A stretch of DNA of 64,000 bases, from positions 79,895 to 143,894 of the forward strand of contig CAZSKP010000009.1 of the NCBI GenBank assembly GCA_964607485.1, in the 5' to 3' direction. Of the stretch, positions 39,076 to 48,716 are shown piece after piece. The notes under the pieces are model-generated. The model had not been told where the DNA came from. It did not search any database and saw only the letters and a program-made list of their open reading frames with translations. A program made the translations under genes and the position numbers. The stretch comes from an uncultured bacterium. Its GTDB lineage: Bacteria; Abyssobacteria; SURF-5. Position 1 is the first letter of the stretch. Every line of letters starts with the position of its first letter.

Positions 39076-39139
39076 TATAGCAAGGGCAGTTATAGTATTA
39101 TATTTAATATCCGTATGGTTTTCCAAAGGAGAGGATTGT

Positions 39140-39883
39140 ATGCTCACAAAGACGAGCGTTATGCGGGCCTTTGTCATCACCGCGGCCATTCTTCTGGTTT
39201 CTTTTTCTCCGGCTATGGCCATTCCCGACCTGAGCTTGGGTGTCATCGGTGGCACCTATTATTATGATCCGGCGGAGTATCAGGTCATCGGAGGCGTTCT
39301 GTATGAGGTGCCGGGCGGTGAATTCTCCGAAATCAATTACATCACGAGCAGTTTCGCTCTCGGCGACGAAGACAACCAGGGCTGGATTCTCACCGGACCC
39401 GGAAACGTGACCGTCTTCAATTGGGGTCCGAAATGGGAAGACTTCACGGGCTGCGATGTGTACTTTGTCGCGACCGACCTCGTCCCGGACGATGGCCTGG
39501 GCACGGTTCAGGTCAATGGCGCCGACGCCGACTACATGTGGGGAACCAGCTTTGCAGACGACGAACCCCATCCCGATGGGTATCACGGCCTTCAATACAG
39601 CTGGAACATAGGTGATCCGAGCACCTGGGACGTTTCCGCCGGCGGGCTCGGCACTCAGACGACGGTATCCGTTGACTTTACGGATGGCCCGTTTGACCTG
39701 TGGGCCTTCGGCGACTGCATAATCGCAGACCATTGGTACACCGAGGATGGCGGAAGCAACGGCAACGAACCCTTCACCCCCCGGTCGCACAATGTAACCC
39801 TCACACCCGAACCGGCAACGCTGCTGCTGTTCGGAATCGGTCTGGGCGGTCTGGCCGTGGTCAGGAAGAGATACTCATCCTAG
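39140..39883 (+). CDS. PEP-CTERM sorting-domain surface protein
   Basis: AAAGGAGAGG RBS; signal peptide ending AMA; acidic Gly/Asp/Trp-rich body; C-terminus TPEPATLLLFGIGLGGLAVVRKR. Confidence 0.92.
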   Translation: MLTKTSVMRAFVITAAILLVSFSPAMAIPDLSLGVIGGTYYYDPAEYQVIGGVLYEVPGGEFSEINYITSSFALGDEDNQGWILTGPGNVTVFNWGPKWEDFTGCDVYFVATDLVPDDGLGTVQVNGADADYMWGTSFADDEPHPDGYHGLQYSWNIGDPSTWDVSAGGLGTQTTVSVDFTDGPFDLWAFGDCIIADHWYTEDGGSNGNEPFTPRSHNVTLTPEPATLLLFGIGLGGLAVVRKRYSS

Positions 39884-40120
39884 CCGAACACGCCGCACGC
39901 GCAAAGACGAGCGACGCAACGAAGGCAGACTAGCTTCATCCGGCCTGTGGAACGATTTTCGGCCCCTCCCGCATGGTTTCTTTCTCACGTACTCCTCCTC
40001 TGGCATCAGCCGTCCACGCATTCGTCTCCCCAAACGCAAGGGTCAGCGCCTTCTGACAACGGCGAAAGCAAGCCTCTCCTTGACTCTCAGAGAAGCGTGA
40101 GCTAGTCTTGTTCCGACCGA

Positions 40121-41014
40121 ATGAAAACAACATCGCACAGACGCTCGCTTGGAAAGACGAAACGGAGCGAAGACGCGAAGGATTCGCCAAGGCGGAGAGG
40201 TTTGGCGCCAAGGAGGGTCCGCACATTTCGGAAGACGATTTACGACTACTACCGAAAGCACGCCCGCAGTTTTCCCTGGCGCACGACGCGGAACCCTTAC
40301 CACATCCTCATTTCGGAAATCATGCTTCAGCAGACCCAAACAGAACGGGTCCTGCAGAAGTATGAGCGATTTATCGATACGTTCCCGGATTTTCCTTCGC
40401 TGGCCGAGGCGCCGCTTCGAAAGATACTCAAGATGTGGCAAGGCCTGGGATATAACCGGCGAGCAATCGCACTGAAGGGAATTGCCCGATTGACGGTGAG
40501 GGAGTTTGGCGGTGAGCTTCCCCCGAGCGTTGAGGTGCTGACGACGTTCCCCGGAATCGGCCCGGCGACCGCGTCGGCGATTTGCGCTTTCGCCTTCAAC
40601 CAGCCCGCCGTGCTCATCGAAACGAATATACGGAGAGTATTCATTCACTTCTTCTTTCAGGATGAGCGCAATGTCAAGGATGCCCGGATTCGTCCTTTGG
40701 TGGAACAGACCGTCGACTCATCCAATCCTCGAGAATGGTACTACGCTCTCATGGACTACGGAGCGATGCTCGGCAGAGAACGACCGAATTCAAACAGGAG
40801 AAGCGCTCATTACAAGCGACAGTCTCCGTTCGAGGGGTCCGACAGACAGATCCGCGGAATGATTCTCAGGGCTCTCATTGCGAAGCCAAACGTTTCGGAA
40901 CGTGAAGTAATACGAAGACTCGACGTGACTGCGGAAAGAGCAAAGAACATTCTTACTCAATTACAAAAGGAGGGGTTCATCGAGAGAAAAGGAGGGAACG
41001 TCACACTGGTCTGA
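40121..41014 (+). CDS. mutY: MutY-like A/G-specific adenine glycosylase (short form)
   Basis: FPWR, PYHILISEIMLQQTQ, WQGLGYNRRA, HhH FPGIGPATA, ALMDYGA. No Fe-S cysteines and no NUDIX domain. Confidence 0.82.
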   Translation: MKTTSHRRSLGKTKRSEDAKDSPRRRGLAPRRVRTFRKTIYDYYRKHARSFPWRTTRNPYHILISEIMLQQTQTERVLQKYERFIDTFPDFPSLAEAPLRKILKMWQGLGYNRRAIALKGIARLTVREFGGELPPSVEVLTTFPGIGPATASAICAFAFNQPAVLIETNIRRVFIHFFFQDERNVKDARIRPLVEQTVDSSNPREWYYALMDYGAMLGRERPNSNRRSAHYKRQSPFEGSDRQIRGMILRALIAKPNVSEREVIRRLDVTAERAKNILTQLQKEGFIERKGGNVTLV

Positions 41015-41083
41015 CGCGGATGATTCTAGTTATTGCATTAACGACCCCCTGCGCAGCCGCGGCAAGGCTCGCGTAAGCATTAA

Positions 41084-41113
41084 GGGCCGCGGCCAACGCG
41101 CGCACCGCGGCCC
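41084..41113. terminator. GC-rich hairpin between convergent mutY and degQ
   Basis: GGGCCGCGG (41084-41092) and CCGCGGCCC (41105-41113). Confidence 0.45.
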
Positions 41114-41140
41114 CTCACATCATCGTACCTGTGTCTGCGT

Positions 41141-42547
41141 TCATTTTGCAGCGGGTGCCGGCAGAGTCATATAAAGTGTATGGCCCTTTCTCTTGATCAG
41201 GAGAAGCATCTCCTTCTCTTTCTTTCGAGCCGTTAACACCTTCTGGTATTGGTCCATGCTTTCGATTGGCTGACGATCTACCTCCTCTATCACGTCGCCG
41301 GGCTGCAGGCCCGCGCTTTGGGCAGGACTTCCGGGTTGCACCTGAGTCACGACCACACCATGGTCATCGGGTCCCAAGCCAAGCGCCTGAGCTATCTGAG
41401 GAGTCAGATTTTGCACTGAAAAACCATGCGGCTGTTCCGCAGCAGCGGGGGCCGCACGCTTTGCTTTTTCCTCGGATGGCATGGTGCCGATTGTCACCAT
41501 AATATTCTTTCGTTCACCATTTCGCAGAATTTGGATTTCGGCTTTCTTATTGGGCGGGGTCTCTGCCACGCGACTCGAGAACGCGTGGGAGCTCTTGACC
41601 GCTTCGTTGTCCATCATTAAGATCACGTCTCCCCTGAGCAGGCCCGCCTTGTCTGCGGGGCCACCCTGGAGAACCTCGGCTATTATTATTCCTTCGGCCT
41701 TTTCGAGACCGAACGCGGCGGCTAACTGTGGAGTAACATCCTGGATCACCAGCCCCAGCCAGCCGCGGACCACTTTGCCGGCCTTCAGTTGGGGAAGAAG
41801 TATCTTTGCCATGTTGATGGGAATTGCAAAGCCGATTCCCTGTCCTTGGGAAACGACGGCCGTACTGATGCCGACTACTTTTCCGTTCATGTCGAAAAGG
41901 GGACCGCCGCTATTTCCCGGATTGATTGCAGCGTCGGTCTGCAAGAAGTCATCGTAGGGGCCGGCCCCTATAATGCGTCCTTTTGCGCTTATGATTCCAA
42001 CAGTGACCGTGTTGCCCAAACCGAATGGGTTACCCACTGCCATAACCCAATCACCAATTTTGACATTGTCGGAGTCGCCCAACTCGGCCGGAGCGGGAAA
42101 GAAGGCATCGGGAGTTACCTTAATCAGAGCGAGTTCCGTTTTGGGGTCGCGGCCCACCACCGTCGCATCGTATTCCCTTTGATCCCGCAGTCTTACTTTG
42201 ATCTCGCTCGCGTTTTCGATTACGTGATTGTTCGTCAGTATGTGCCCCTTCCTGTCGATAACAAAGCCTGAGCCCAGCGCGTGTGCAGTCATCTCACGCG
42301 GCATCTCTCCGAAAAATTCCCGAAACGGTCCAACCTCCACGTAAGGCGCCGTCTTTATTATCTGAGTCGTCGAGAGATTCACGACGGGATACTTCACCGA
42401 GTCTGCCAAATCTGCAAAGGAAGCGGGCCCATATTTGGTCTCGCCCGCGACTCGTAACGGCAGCAGGGCTATAATGATGAAGCTCGCTGCCAAAGCGAAT
42501 AACACTCGCCACTGGCCGAAAGTGAGATGCTTATGGTGCGGTCTCAT
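41141..42547 (-). CDS. Do/DegQ-family periplasmic serine endoprotease with two PDZ domains
   Basis: LGSGFVI, TNNHV, QTDAAINPGNSGGPL, GIGFAIP, RGWLG. The triad Asp position reads KTELAL rather than the usual KTDLAL. Confidence 0.93.
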   Translation of the reverse strand: MRPHHKHLTFGQWRVLFALAASFIIIALLPLRVAGETKYGPASFADLADSVKYPVVNLSTTQIIKTAPYVEVGPFREFFGEMPREMTAHALGSGFVIDRKGHILTNNHVIENASEIKVRLRDQREYDATVVGRDPKTELALIKVTPDAFFPAPAELGDSDNVKIGDWVMAVGNPFGLGNTVTVGIISAKGRIIGAGPYDDFLQTDAAINPGNSGGPLFDMNGKVVGISTAVVSQGQGIGFAIPINMAKILLPQLKAGKVVRGWLGLVIQDVTPQLAAAFGLEKAEGIIIAEVLQGGPADKAGLLRGDVILMMDNEAVKSSHAFSSRVAETPPNKKAEIQILRNGERKNIMVTIGTMPSEEKAKRAAPAAAEQPHGFSVQNLTPQIAQALGLGPDDHGVVVTQVQPGSPAQSAGLQPGDVIEEVDRQPIESMDQYQKVLTARKKEKEMLLLIKRKGHTLYMTLPAPAAK

Positions 42548-42703
42548 GGTTCCTCCTCAGGCGGCACGATGCTCGCCTTCTAAAATCCAAAAAAACTCCA
42601 TGCATCAGAAAATGCGTCGCCGGCAGCGCGCAAAGGCTTCAATTTCTCGTCATCGACCTTGCTTTCCATAATGCTATCTTTCTTCGAAACGACGTCGCTG
42701 CTG

Positions 42704-43258
42704 TTAATTGCTCTTTCCGGTTTTTGGGGCCTTCTTCTCCTTCTGTTTCTTCGGGTGATGCTTCCACTGGATGGCGTGACCCAAATGGGCTTGTGAGGCC
42801 TTGAGAGCGCGTGTGGCCGTCTCGAAGTCTTGTTGCATCCAAGCCTCTCTCGCTTTGACCCATGAATTCATCGCCAGAGCGAATTGCGCACGGGCAAAGG
42901 CGTCATGAAGCTCTTCAACGGAAGTTACCTTACCCTCTCTCACCCTATCCGCCAGTTGTTCCAGTTCCCCGATCGATGCGACCAGTGCCTCCTGCTCTTT
43001 TCCCTTGGCGCGATTCGCCTCCAGTTTCAGAAAGGTCACGGCGGTCAAGATTTCGTCGGACGCTTCGTCGAATTTCTTCGTTTCAAAATCCACCCGCGCC
43101 TCGTAGAAGTGGTGCTCCACGTCCTGTACGAGCTCATAGATGCCTGCGTCGGAGTATAAATCGTACTGATCGTACTGCTGGCCCCGGACGGGGCTTGCAA
43201 GAGCGGCAAGCAAAATAACGGCAATAACGGCCGACCAGCCTGAAACTGAGTAGCGCAT
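42704..43258 (-). CDS. Secreted alpha-helical protein, paralog A
   Basis: Signal peptide; LVQD...FYEARVDF...DEI..AV..KLE..R...LADRV..G.V.S..EL..AFARA..ALA, shared with 46439-47095. Confidence 0.75.
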   Translation of the reverse strand: MRYSVSGWSAVIAVILLAALASPVRGQQYDQYDLYSDAGIYELVQDVEHHFYEARVDFETKKFDEASDEILTAVTFLKLEANRAKGKEQEALVASIGELEQLADRVREGKVTSVEELHDAFARAQFALAMNSWVKAREAWMQQDFETATRALKASQAHLGHAIQWKHHPKKQKEKKAPKTGKSN

Positions 43259-43435
43259 AACGGCTTCTCCTGTTGTTCAACTCACCTGTTGCAGCCACAA
43301 GTCAGTCTTGGGGCACCTCCGACTCCTCGGTGTTCCACTCATCCATCTCACATCGCTGCACAATCAATCGTTATCCCGCATCCGGTGACGCTCATTCCGG
43401 CAATGCGGGAAATGCCCTTTTGTCGGAACAAGACG

Positions 43436-43717
43436 CTAATATGAGGAGGCCACTCGATCCAGGACATTCTGTATGTCGTCCACCGTTTCCTCCCAGCCGG
43501 ATTTCACGGTGTCCCATTCGACGTGTGTCGCTTTTCGTATTTCTTGCAGCCTCTCATGAGCCGTTTTATGTTTGGCGCGCAGATCATCAACGTGCTTCAG
43601 GTGTGTTTCGACCTCGGCGTGCTTTTCCCGAATCTTGGTTTCCAGATGCTCGATCCTTGAGCCTAACTCCTTCAACCTAGTCTCCATCTCATCGAGATGT
43701 TTTTCCCTCATTTCCAT
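43436..43717 (-). CDS. Small His-rich coiled-coil protein
   Basis: AGGAGG RBS; heptad pattern ending EWDTVKSGWEE; 8 His in 93 aa. Confidence 0.72.
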   Translation of the reverse strand: MEMREKHLDEMETRLKELGSRIEHLETKIREKHAEVETHLKHVDDLRAKHKTAHERLQEIRKATHVEWDTVKSGWEETVDDIQNVLDRVASSY

Positions 43718-43763
43718 TGCTTCCTCCTGTTGGTTGTCACCCGTTGCATCAAACCGCCTCCGG

Positions 43764-46220
43764 CTATCTCTTGAATATCAGGCCGGTATGATCCAGCAAC
43801 CTGTATAAGCCCACCTTCATGAAATCTGTCACGACAAAGGCCGCGAGAGCGTATGCCCATACGAATAATGCCAGTTTCCACCCCACGGGCGCCACATACC
43901 AGCCGTAAACCGCCACAAGAGTGGCCAGAAGCTTGGTTATCACCGCCGACCAGAAGAGGGCGGCGCTGGGCCTGATGGACCAGAACGGACCTCTCGTACG
44001 AGTGAGGAATATGGTCAGATGGCCGGCCACCGCAAGCTTTAGGAATATGAACGATTGAATCGTTTCCCGGCCGAGGTGCAGGACGGCTTCTCCAATATAG
44101 AAAATTCCGAAGGAGGAAAACACTCCGATCAGCCCCAGGAAGCTGGCTATGCCCAGAACGACCCGCATGTTCCATTTCTCCGGCCTCTTCGAATAAAGCA
44201 CATTATCGTACGCAATGGCCATGATGGGCGCATCGTTGAAAAGAGCCAGAAGAACGATCATAAGCGCCGTCACCGGATAGAACTTGAACACCAATATCGA
44301 CAGGGTTATGAAGAGAAGCACACGGATTGTCTCGGCTATGCGATAGATCGCATAACTCGTCATCCGCTTGAATATCTTGCGGCTCTCCTTGATTGCGTCG
44401 ATGATGACCGAAAGCCCGGGAACCGTGAGCACGATGTCGGCCGCCGACTTTGCCGCATCCGTCGCTCCGGCGACCGCGATGCCCGCATCAGCTTTTTTCA
44501 GGGCCGGAGCATCGTTGACCCCGTCTCCCGTCATGCCGACGATGTGGCCCCTGTTCTGGAGCAGCTCAACGATATGGTACTTGTGTTCGGGATAAACCTG
44601 GGCGAACCCGTCGGCTTCATCCACGACGCTTTGGGCCTCCCTGTCCGATTTGTCCAGGAAAGCGGATGACGCCTTGATCTTCGTGCCCAGACCCACCTGG
44701 CGTGCAATCTCCACGGCGATATCGGTATGGTCGCCGGTGACCATTTTCACCCTCACGCCCATGTCCTGTGCCGTCTTGATGGTCTCCGCCGAATCCTCCC
44801 GCGGTGGGTCGTAAAGACCGACCAGGCCAACGTACTCCCAGGCACCCTGGTCGTTTGTCCTGGCCACGCCTAATGCTCGATACCCCGTCGACGCCAGCGA
44901 ATGTACGCGGCGCTCCACTTCCTCATCGACCGAAGCCTTGTCTTCAAGCAGCGAGAGAATCGCCTGCGGCGCTCCTTTGCTGACCTTGAACTGCCCGCCG
45001 TCGGTTCCCTTTATCGTGGCCTCTGTCCGCTTTGAAACGGGGTCGAACGGCTTGAAACCCACCACTGTGAGCGCGCCGACATCCTCGCCGACGGATTGTG
45101 TCTCCCGGCTTTTCGTCAATATGGAATCATCAATCGGGTCTCCATCCTCTTCCCGGGATGCCAAGGCGGCGTTCATGAGAACGTCGTTCTCGGAGAATGC
45201 TCCCAGAGGCGAGATGTTTCCGAGTGTGAGCTGATTCTTAGTGATGGTGCCTGTCTTGTCCGAGCACAGCACATTCACGCCGGCCATCTCCTCGATGGCG
45301 ACCAGTCTGCTGACGATGGCTTCCTTTTTCGCCAGAGCCGTCGCGCCCACGGCCATGGTAACCGATAGCACGGCGGGCAAAGCCACCGGTATCGCCGCCA
45401 CCGTCAAGACGAGAGCGAACTGGAGCGTTTCCAATGCGCTCTCGTGTCGGAAGAGGGCTACGAAGAAGATCACGGCCACCAGCACGACCGCTATGACAAT
45501 GAGATAATCGCCTATCTTGATCACCGCCTGCTGAAAATGGCTTCTCTTCTTCGCTTCCGCCACGAGTTTCGCAGTCTTGCCGAAATAGCTGTTCATTCCC
45601 GTGGCGACGACGAGAGCATCCATTTCCCCTTGTTTCACAAGTGATCCCGCATAGGCTACGTCGGAGACCTTCTTGTCCACCGGCAGCGATTCGCCCGTCA
45701 ACGCGGATTCGTCCACCTGAAGGAAATCGCCTTCGATGAGCTTGACGTCGGCGGGGACAACGCGTCCCATCCGAACCCTCACCACGTCTCCCGGGACAAG
45801 CACCTTTGCATCGACCTCGCTCCATTTTCCATCACGAAGCACCCGGGCTCTCGGCGCCAGCTTCTCTTTCAGGAGGTCAATGGCGTTGTCGGCCTTGTGT
45901 TCCTGCCAGAACCCCACCACCGCGTTCAAAAGCAACAGCACCAGAATAATCCAGAAATCTTCCCAGTGTTGTACGATGGCGGACAGGATGGCTGCGACCT
46001 CGATCATCCAGGGAATCGGCCCCCAAAAATAGCTGAGGAACTTCAACAGCGGACTGCGCTTCTTTTCTTCGATTTCGTTATATCCGTATTGTTGCAGTCG
46101 CTTCTCAGCTTCGGACGAGGAGATACCCTTTTCATCGGTGGAGAGCTTCTTGAAGAGGTCGGAGAGGGAAGTTTCCTTGGCTTTATCGGTACTTATAAGG
46201 TCATCAGTCATGGTTGTCAT
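43764..46220 (-). CDS. Plasma-membrane proton-efflux P-type ATPase (P3A)
   Basis: FWGPIPWMIE, TGES, AIPVALPAVLSVTMAVGA, AIEEMAG..VLCSDKTGT, PFDPVSKRT, KGAPQ, DPPR, GDGVNDAP, YAIYRI, NDAPIMAIAYD. Confidence 0.94.
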   Translation of the reverse strand: MTTMTDDLISTDKAKETSLSDLFKKLSTDEKGISSSEAEKRLQQYGYNEIEEKKRSPLLKFLSYFWGPIPWMIEVAAILSAIVQHWEDFWIILVLLLLNAVVGFWQEHKADNAIDLLKEKLAPRARVLRDGKWSEVDAKVLVPGDVVRVRMGRVVPADVKLIEGDFLQVDESALTGESLPVDKKVSDVAYAGSLVKQGEMDALVVATGMNSYFGKTAKLVAEAKKRSHFQQAVIKIGDYLIVIAVVLVAVIFFVALFRHESALETLQFALVLTVAAIPVALPAVLSVTMAVGATALAKKEAIVSRLVAIEEMAGVNVLCSDKTGTITKNQLTLGNISPLGAFSENDVLMNAALASREEDGDPIDDSILTKSRETQSVGEDVGALTVVGFKPFDPVSKRTEATIKGTDGGQFKVSKGAPQAILSLLEDKASVDEEVERRVHSLASTGYRALGVARTNDQGAWEYVGLVGLYDPPREDSAETIKTAQDMGVRVKMVTGDHTDIAVEIARQVGLGTKIKASSAFLDKSDREAQSVVDEADGFAQVYPEHKYHIVELLQNRGHIVGMTGDGVNDAPALKKADAGIAVAGATDAAKSAADIVLTVPGLSVIIDAIKESRKIFKRMTSYAIYRIAETIRVLLFITLSILVFKFYPVTALMIVLLALFNDAPIMAIAYDNVLYSKRPEKWNMRVVLGIASFLGLIGVFSSFGIFYIGEAVLHLGRETIQSFIFLKLAVAGHLTIFLTRTRGPFWSIRPSAALFWSAVITKLLATLVAVYGWYVAPVGWKLALFVWAYALAAFVVTDFMKVGLYRLLDHTGLIFKR

Positions 46221-46438
46221 TCACAGAATCTTTTCGTGCGGTTGAGCGAATACGGGAGATACGTTGGTCATTCACCTGATAATGAACAACTCTTGCACTC
46301 GAAGTCTCTAAGTGACGAAAAATGAGGTCGCGCCGTTTTTTCTGCATCAGATACGTGACAAAACGTCCTGAGCTTAGGGCGGTTTGTGACGCGACTCTGT
46401 CATGATTCAAAACTATGAATTACAGGAGAGAAACTCGG

Positions 46439-47095
46439 TCATTTTTTAGCAGGCCCAGTGGTCTTGACATACCCCTTTATTGCTTCGCCGAGCGCATGGA
46501 TAATCGCATCCACCTCCTCTTCCGCCCAGCCGCCTGCTGTGACAAGCTTATCGGCGACAACAACTGTTTCTTTCAATGCATCTGCGACGATTTCTTCACC
46601 CTTATAACCGGCCCAGAGTAAGGAGAGCTTCAGATGTTTGGCTGCGGCTTTGAGTGCGTTGCCGGTATCCTTGGCGTTCCTCTTCTTCCATGCTTCTCGG
46701 GCGTTTGCATAATGGTGTTCAGCAAGGGCAGCATGCGCTCGAGCGAAGGCCGTGTTGAGTTCCTTTTCCGAGCTGACTTGTCCGTTCTCCACCCTATCTG
46801 CCAGTCCTTCCAAATCTCCCAGAGATGCATCGACGTCCGCTTCCTTTCGCCCTCCGGTACGGTCTACCTCCAGCTTCATATACGACACAGCTTTCCGAAT
46901 CTCATCCGCCGATTCCTTGAGCTTGCCGTCGAGGAAGTCCACGCGAGCCTCGTAAAATTGGCGGTCCGCATCTTGCACGAGATAGACTTGAGTGTAATCA
47001 TACTGGCTTCCACCTTCAGTTTGTGCGAGGACCGGCGTGTGCGCGAACGTCACCGCCAGAAGAACCGTAGCAAACCAAAGAGCCGTGTAACGCAT
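46439..47095 (-). CDS. Secreted alpha-helical protein, paralog B
   Basis: Signal peptide MRYTALWF...VLA; aligns by eye with 42704-43258 and has an extra C-terminal helical segment. Confidence 0.75.
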   Translation of the reverse strand: MRYTALWFATVLLAVTFAHTPVLAQTEGGSQYDYTQVYLVQDADRQFYEARVDFLDGKLKESADEIRKAVSYMKLEVDRTGGRKEADVDASLGDLEGLADRVENGQVSSEKELNTAFARAHAALAEHHYANAREAWKKRNAKDTGNALKAAAKHLKLSLLWAGYKGEEIVADALKETVVVADKLVTAGGWAEEEVDAIIHALGEAIKGYVKTTGPAKK

Positions 47096-47416
47096 CGTTT
47101 TCCTTCCTTCCCGCCGCCCCTACTGCTCGCTGGCTTCGTTCATGAAATCTACCCGACCTACCGTCTTCGAAAGGCTAACTTGACACTAACGCAAAAGAAC
47201 TATAACAACAATCCTCACGCCCTGCTAGATACGAGCGTCTCCGCTCGAAAGCCCAGTGCCAGCCTGAGGTTAAACACGGAAACCGCAGGCGGCCATTTGC
47301 CGCCGGGGCAAAGCGGATGTATATTATACGCAAGACACAACCGGGCGTCAAAGGCAAGCGCGCCGTGCCGGCCTCGGAACGGAGAAACGGTGGCGCCATG
47401 TGAAGGGAGCGGGAAC

Positions 47417-48526
47417 GTGAAGGCCATAGCGATCGTTCCGGGCACCAGAACTCTGCGGCTGGTGGAGCGCAAGGAACCGACCATCGCAGCGCCGGACGAA
47501 ATAAAGGTAAAACTGCTGCGTGTAGGCATCTGCGGTACTGACCGCGAGGAATCGTCCGGCGGGCGCGCCCTTGTCCCCGAGGGCGAGCAGGATCTGGTCA
47601 TCGGGCACGAGATGCTCGGACGAGTGGTGGAAACCGGCCGGAATGTCACTCGGGTGAAGCCGGATGATTACGCGGTCTTTACCGTGCGGCGGGGGTGCGG
47701 CAGGTGCATGCCGTGCGAGATGAATCGTTCCGACATGTGCCTGACGGGAGAATACCGAGAGCGCGGCATCTGGGGACTTGACGGCTACCAGACGGAGTAC
47801 GCAGTCGATAAAGAGCAATATGTTGTGCGCGTGCCGCCGGAGTTGAAAGACATCGGAGTCTTGTGCGAGCCCCTATCCGTTGCCAAGAAAGCGATCATCG
47901 AGGCGCTGAGGGTACAGTCCACACGCTTGCCGAATGTTGCCGCCAGGCCGGACTGGCTGTTTGGACGCCATTGCTTGATCGTCGGACTGGGACCAATAGG
48001 CCTTCTTGCGGCATTGGTCTTGCGCCTGGGCGGCGCAGAGGTGTATGGCCTCGACATTGTGGACGCCGATACCGCCCGGCCGCGATGGCTTGCGGGAATC
48101 GGCGGGAAATACGTGAACGGTCGCCAGGTTCCGGCGGACAAAGTCAAGGACGCGGTGGGATCGATGGACATAATCTTCGAAGCCGCCGGCGTTCCCGAAC
48201 TCGCATTCAACCTCCTCGACGCTCTGGCCGAGAGCGGTGTGTACGTGCTCACCGGAGTGCCGGGGGGCGACACCCCGGTGCAAATTCCCGGCGCCGAGCT
48301 TCTCCGCCGGTTGGTTTTGAATAATCAGGCGATGATCGGGAGCGTAAACGCCGCGCGTGATCATTTTCAGATGGCGGTGGACGACCTCTCTCATGCCCAC
48401 CTGCTCTGGAAGGATCACATCGTTCATCTCATCACTCATCGCTATCCATATGTCGATTTTCAGAAGGCTTTGAGCCATCATGGGGCGGACCAAATCAAGG
48501 TGGTCCTGGAATGGGAAACGCGGTGA
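47417..48526 (+). CDS. Glucose 1-dehydrogenase, archaeal-type zinc MDR family
   Basis: GTG 47417 gives (M)KAIAIVPG; VGICGTDRE, GHE, TVRRGCGRCMPC...C, YRERGI, EPLSV, GLGPIG, GSVNA. Confidence 0.85.
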   Translation: MKAIAIVPGTRTLRLVERKEPTIAAPDEIKVKLLRVGICGTDREESSGGRALVPEGEQDLVIGHEMLGRVVETGRNVTRVKPDDYAVFTVRRGCGRCMPCEMNRSDMCLTGEYRERGIWGLDGYQTEYAVDKEQYVVRVPPELKDIGVLCEPLSVAKKAIIEALRVQSTRLPNVAARPDWLFGRHCLIVGLGPIGLLAALVLRLGGAEVYGLDIVDADTARPRWLAGIGGKYVNGRQVPADKVKDAVGSMDIIFEAAGVPELAFNLLDALAESGVYVLTGVPGGDTPVQIPGAELLRRLVLNNQAMIGSVNAARDHFQMAVDDLSHAHLLWKDHIVHLITHRYPYVDFQKALSHHGADQIKVVLEWETR

Positions 48527-48716
48527 ATCTCCGACTCCTTGCCCGTTCCTTCGTCTCTCGAAGATACAAGTGTCATGCAAATCACCGTCAAGACCGCCCG
48601 GAGCACGACAACCGTCACGGATGTCATGCACGTCAGCAATGCCCGGCTCGATTGACGGTTGAGAATGATGACACCGTCGGAACAACAAATTCGATAAACG
48701 TTGGCACAAGCTCGTT

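Noticed and set aside
46634-47416. Apparent 261-aa N-terminal extension of glucose dehydrogenase
   Set aside because: It overlaps the opposite-strand gene 46439-47095, and the family N-terminus begins at GTG 47417.
48527-48716. Short hydrophobic ORFs between glucose dehydrogenase and CPBP
   Set aside because: They overlap neighbours and have no convincing start or motif.
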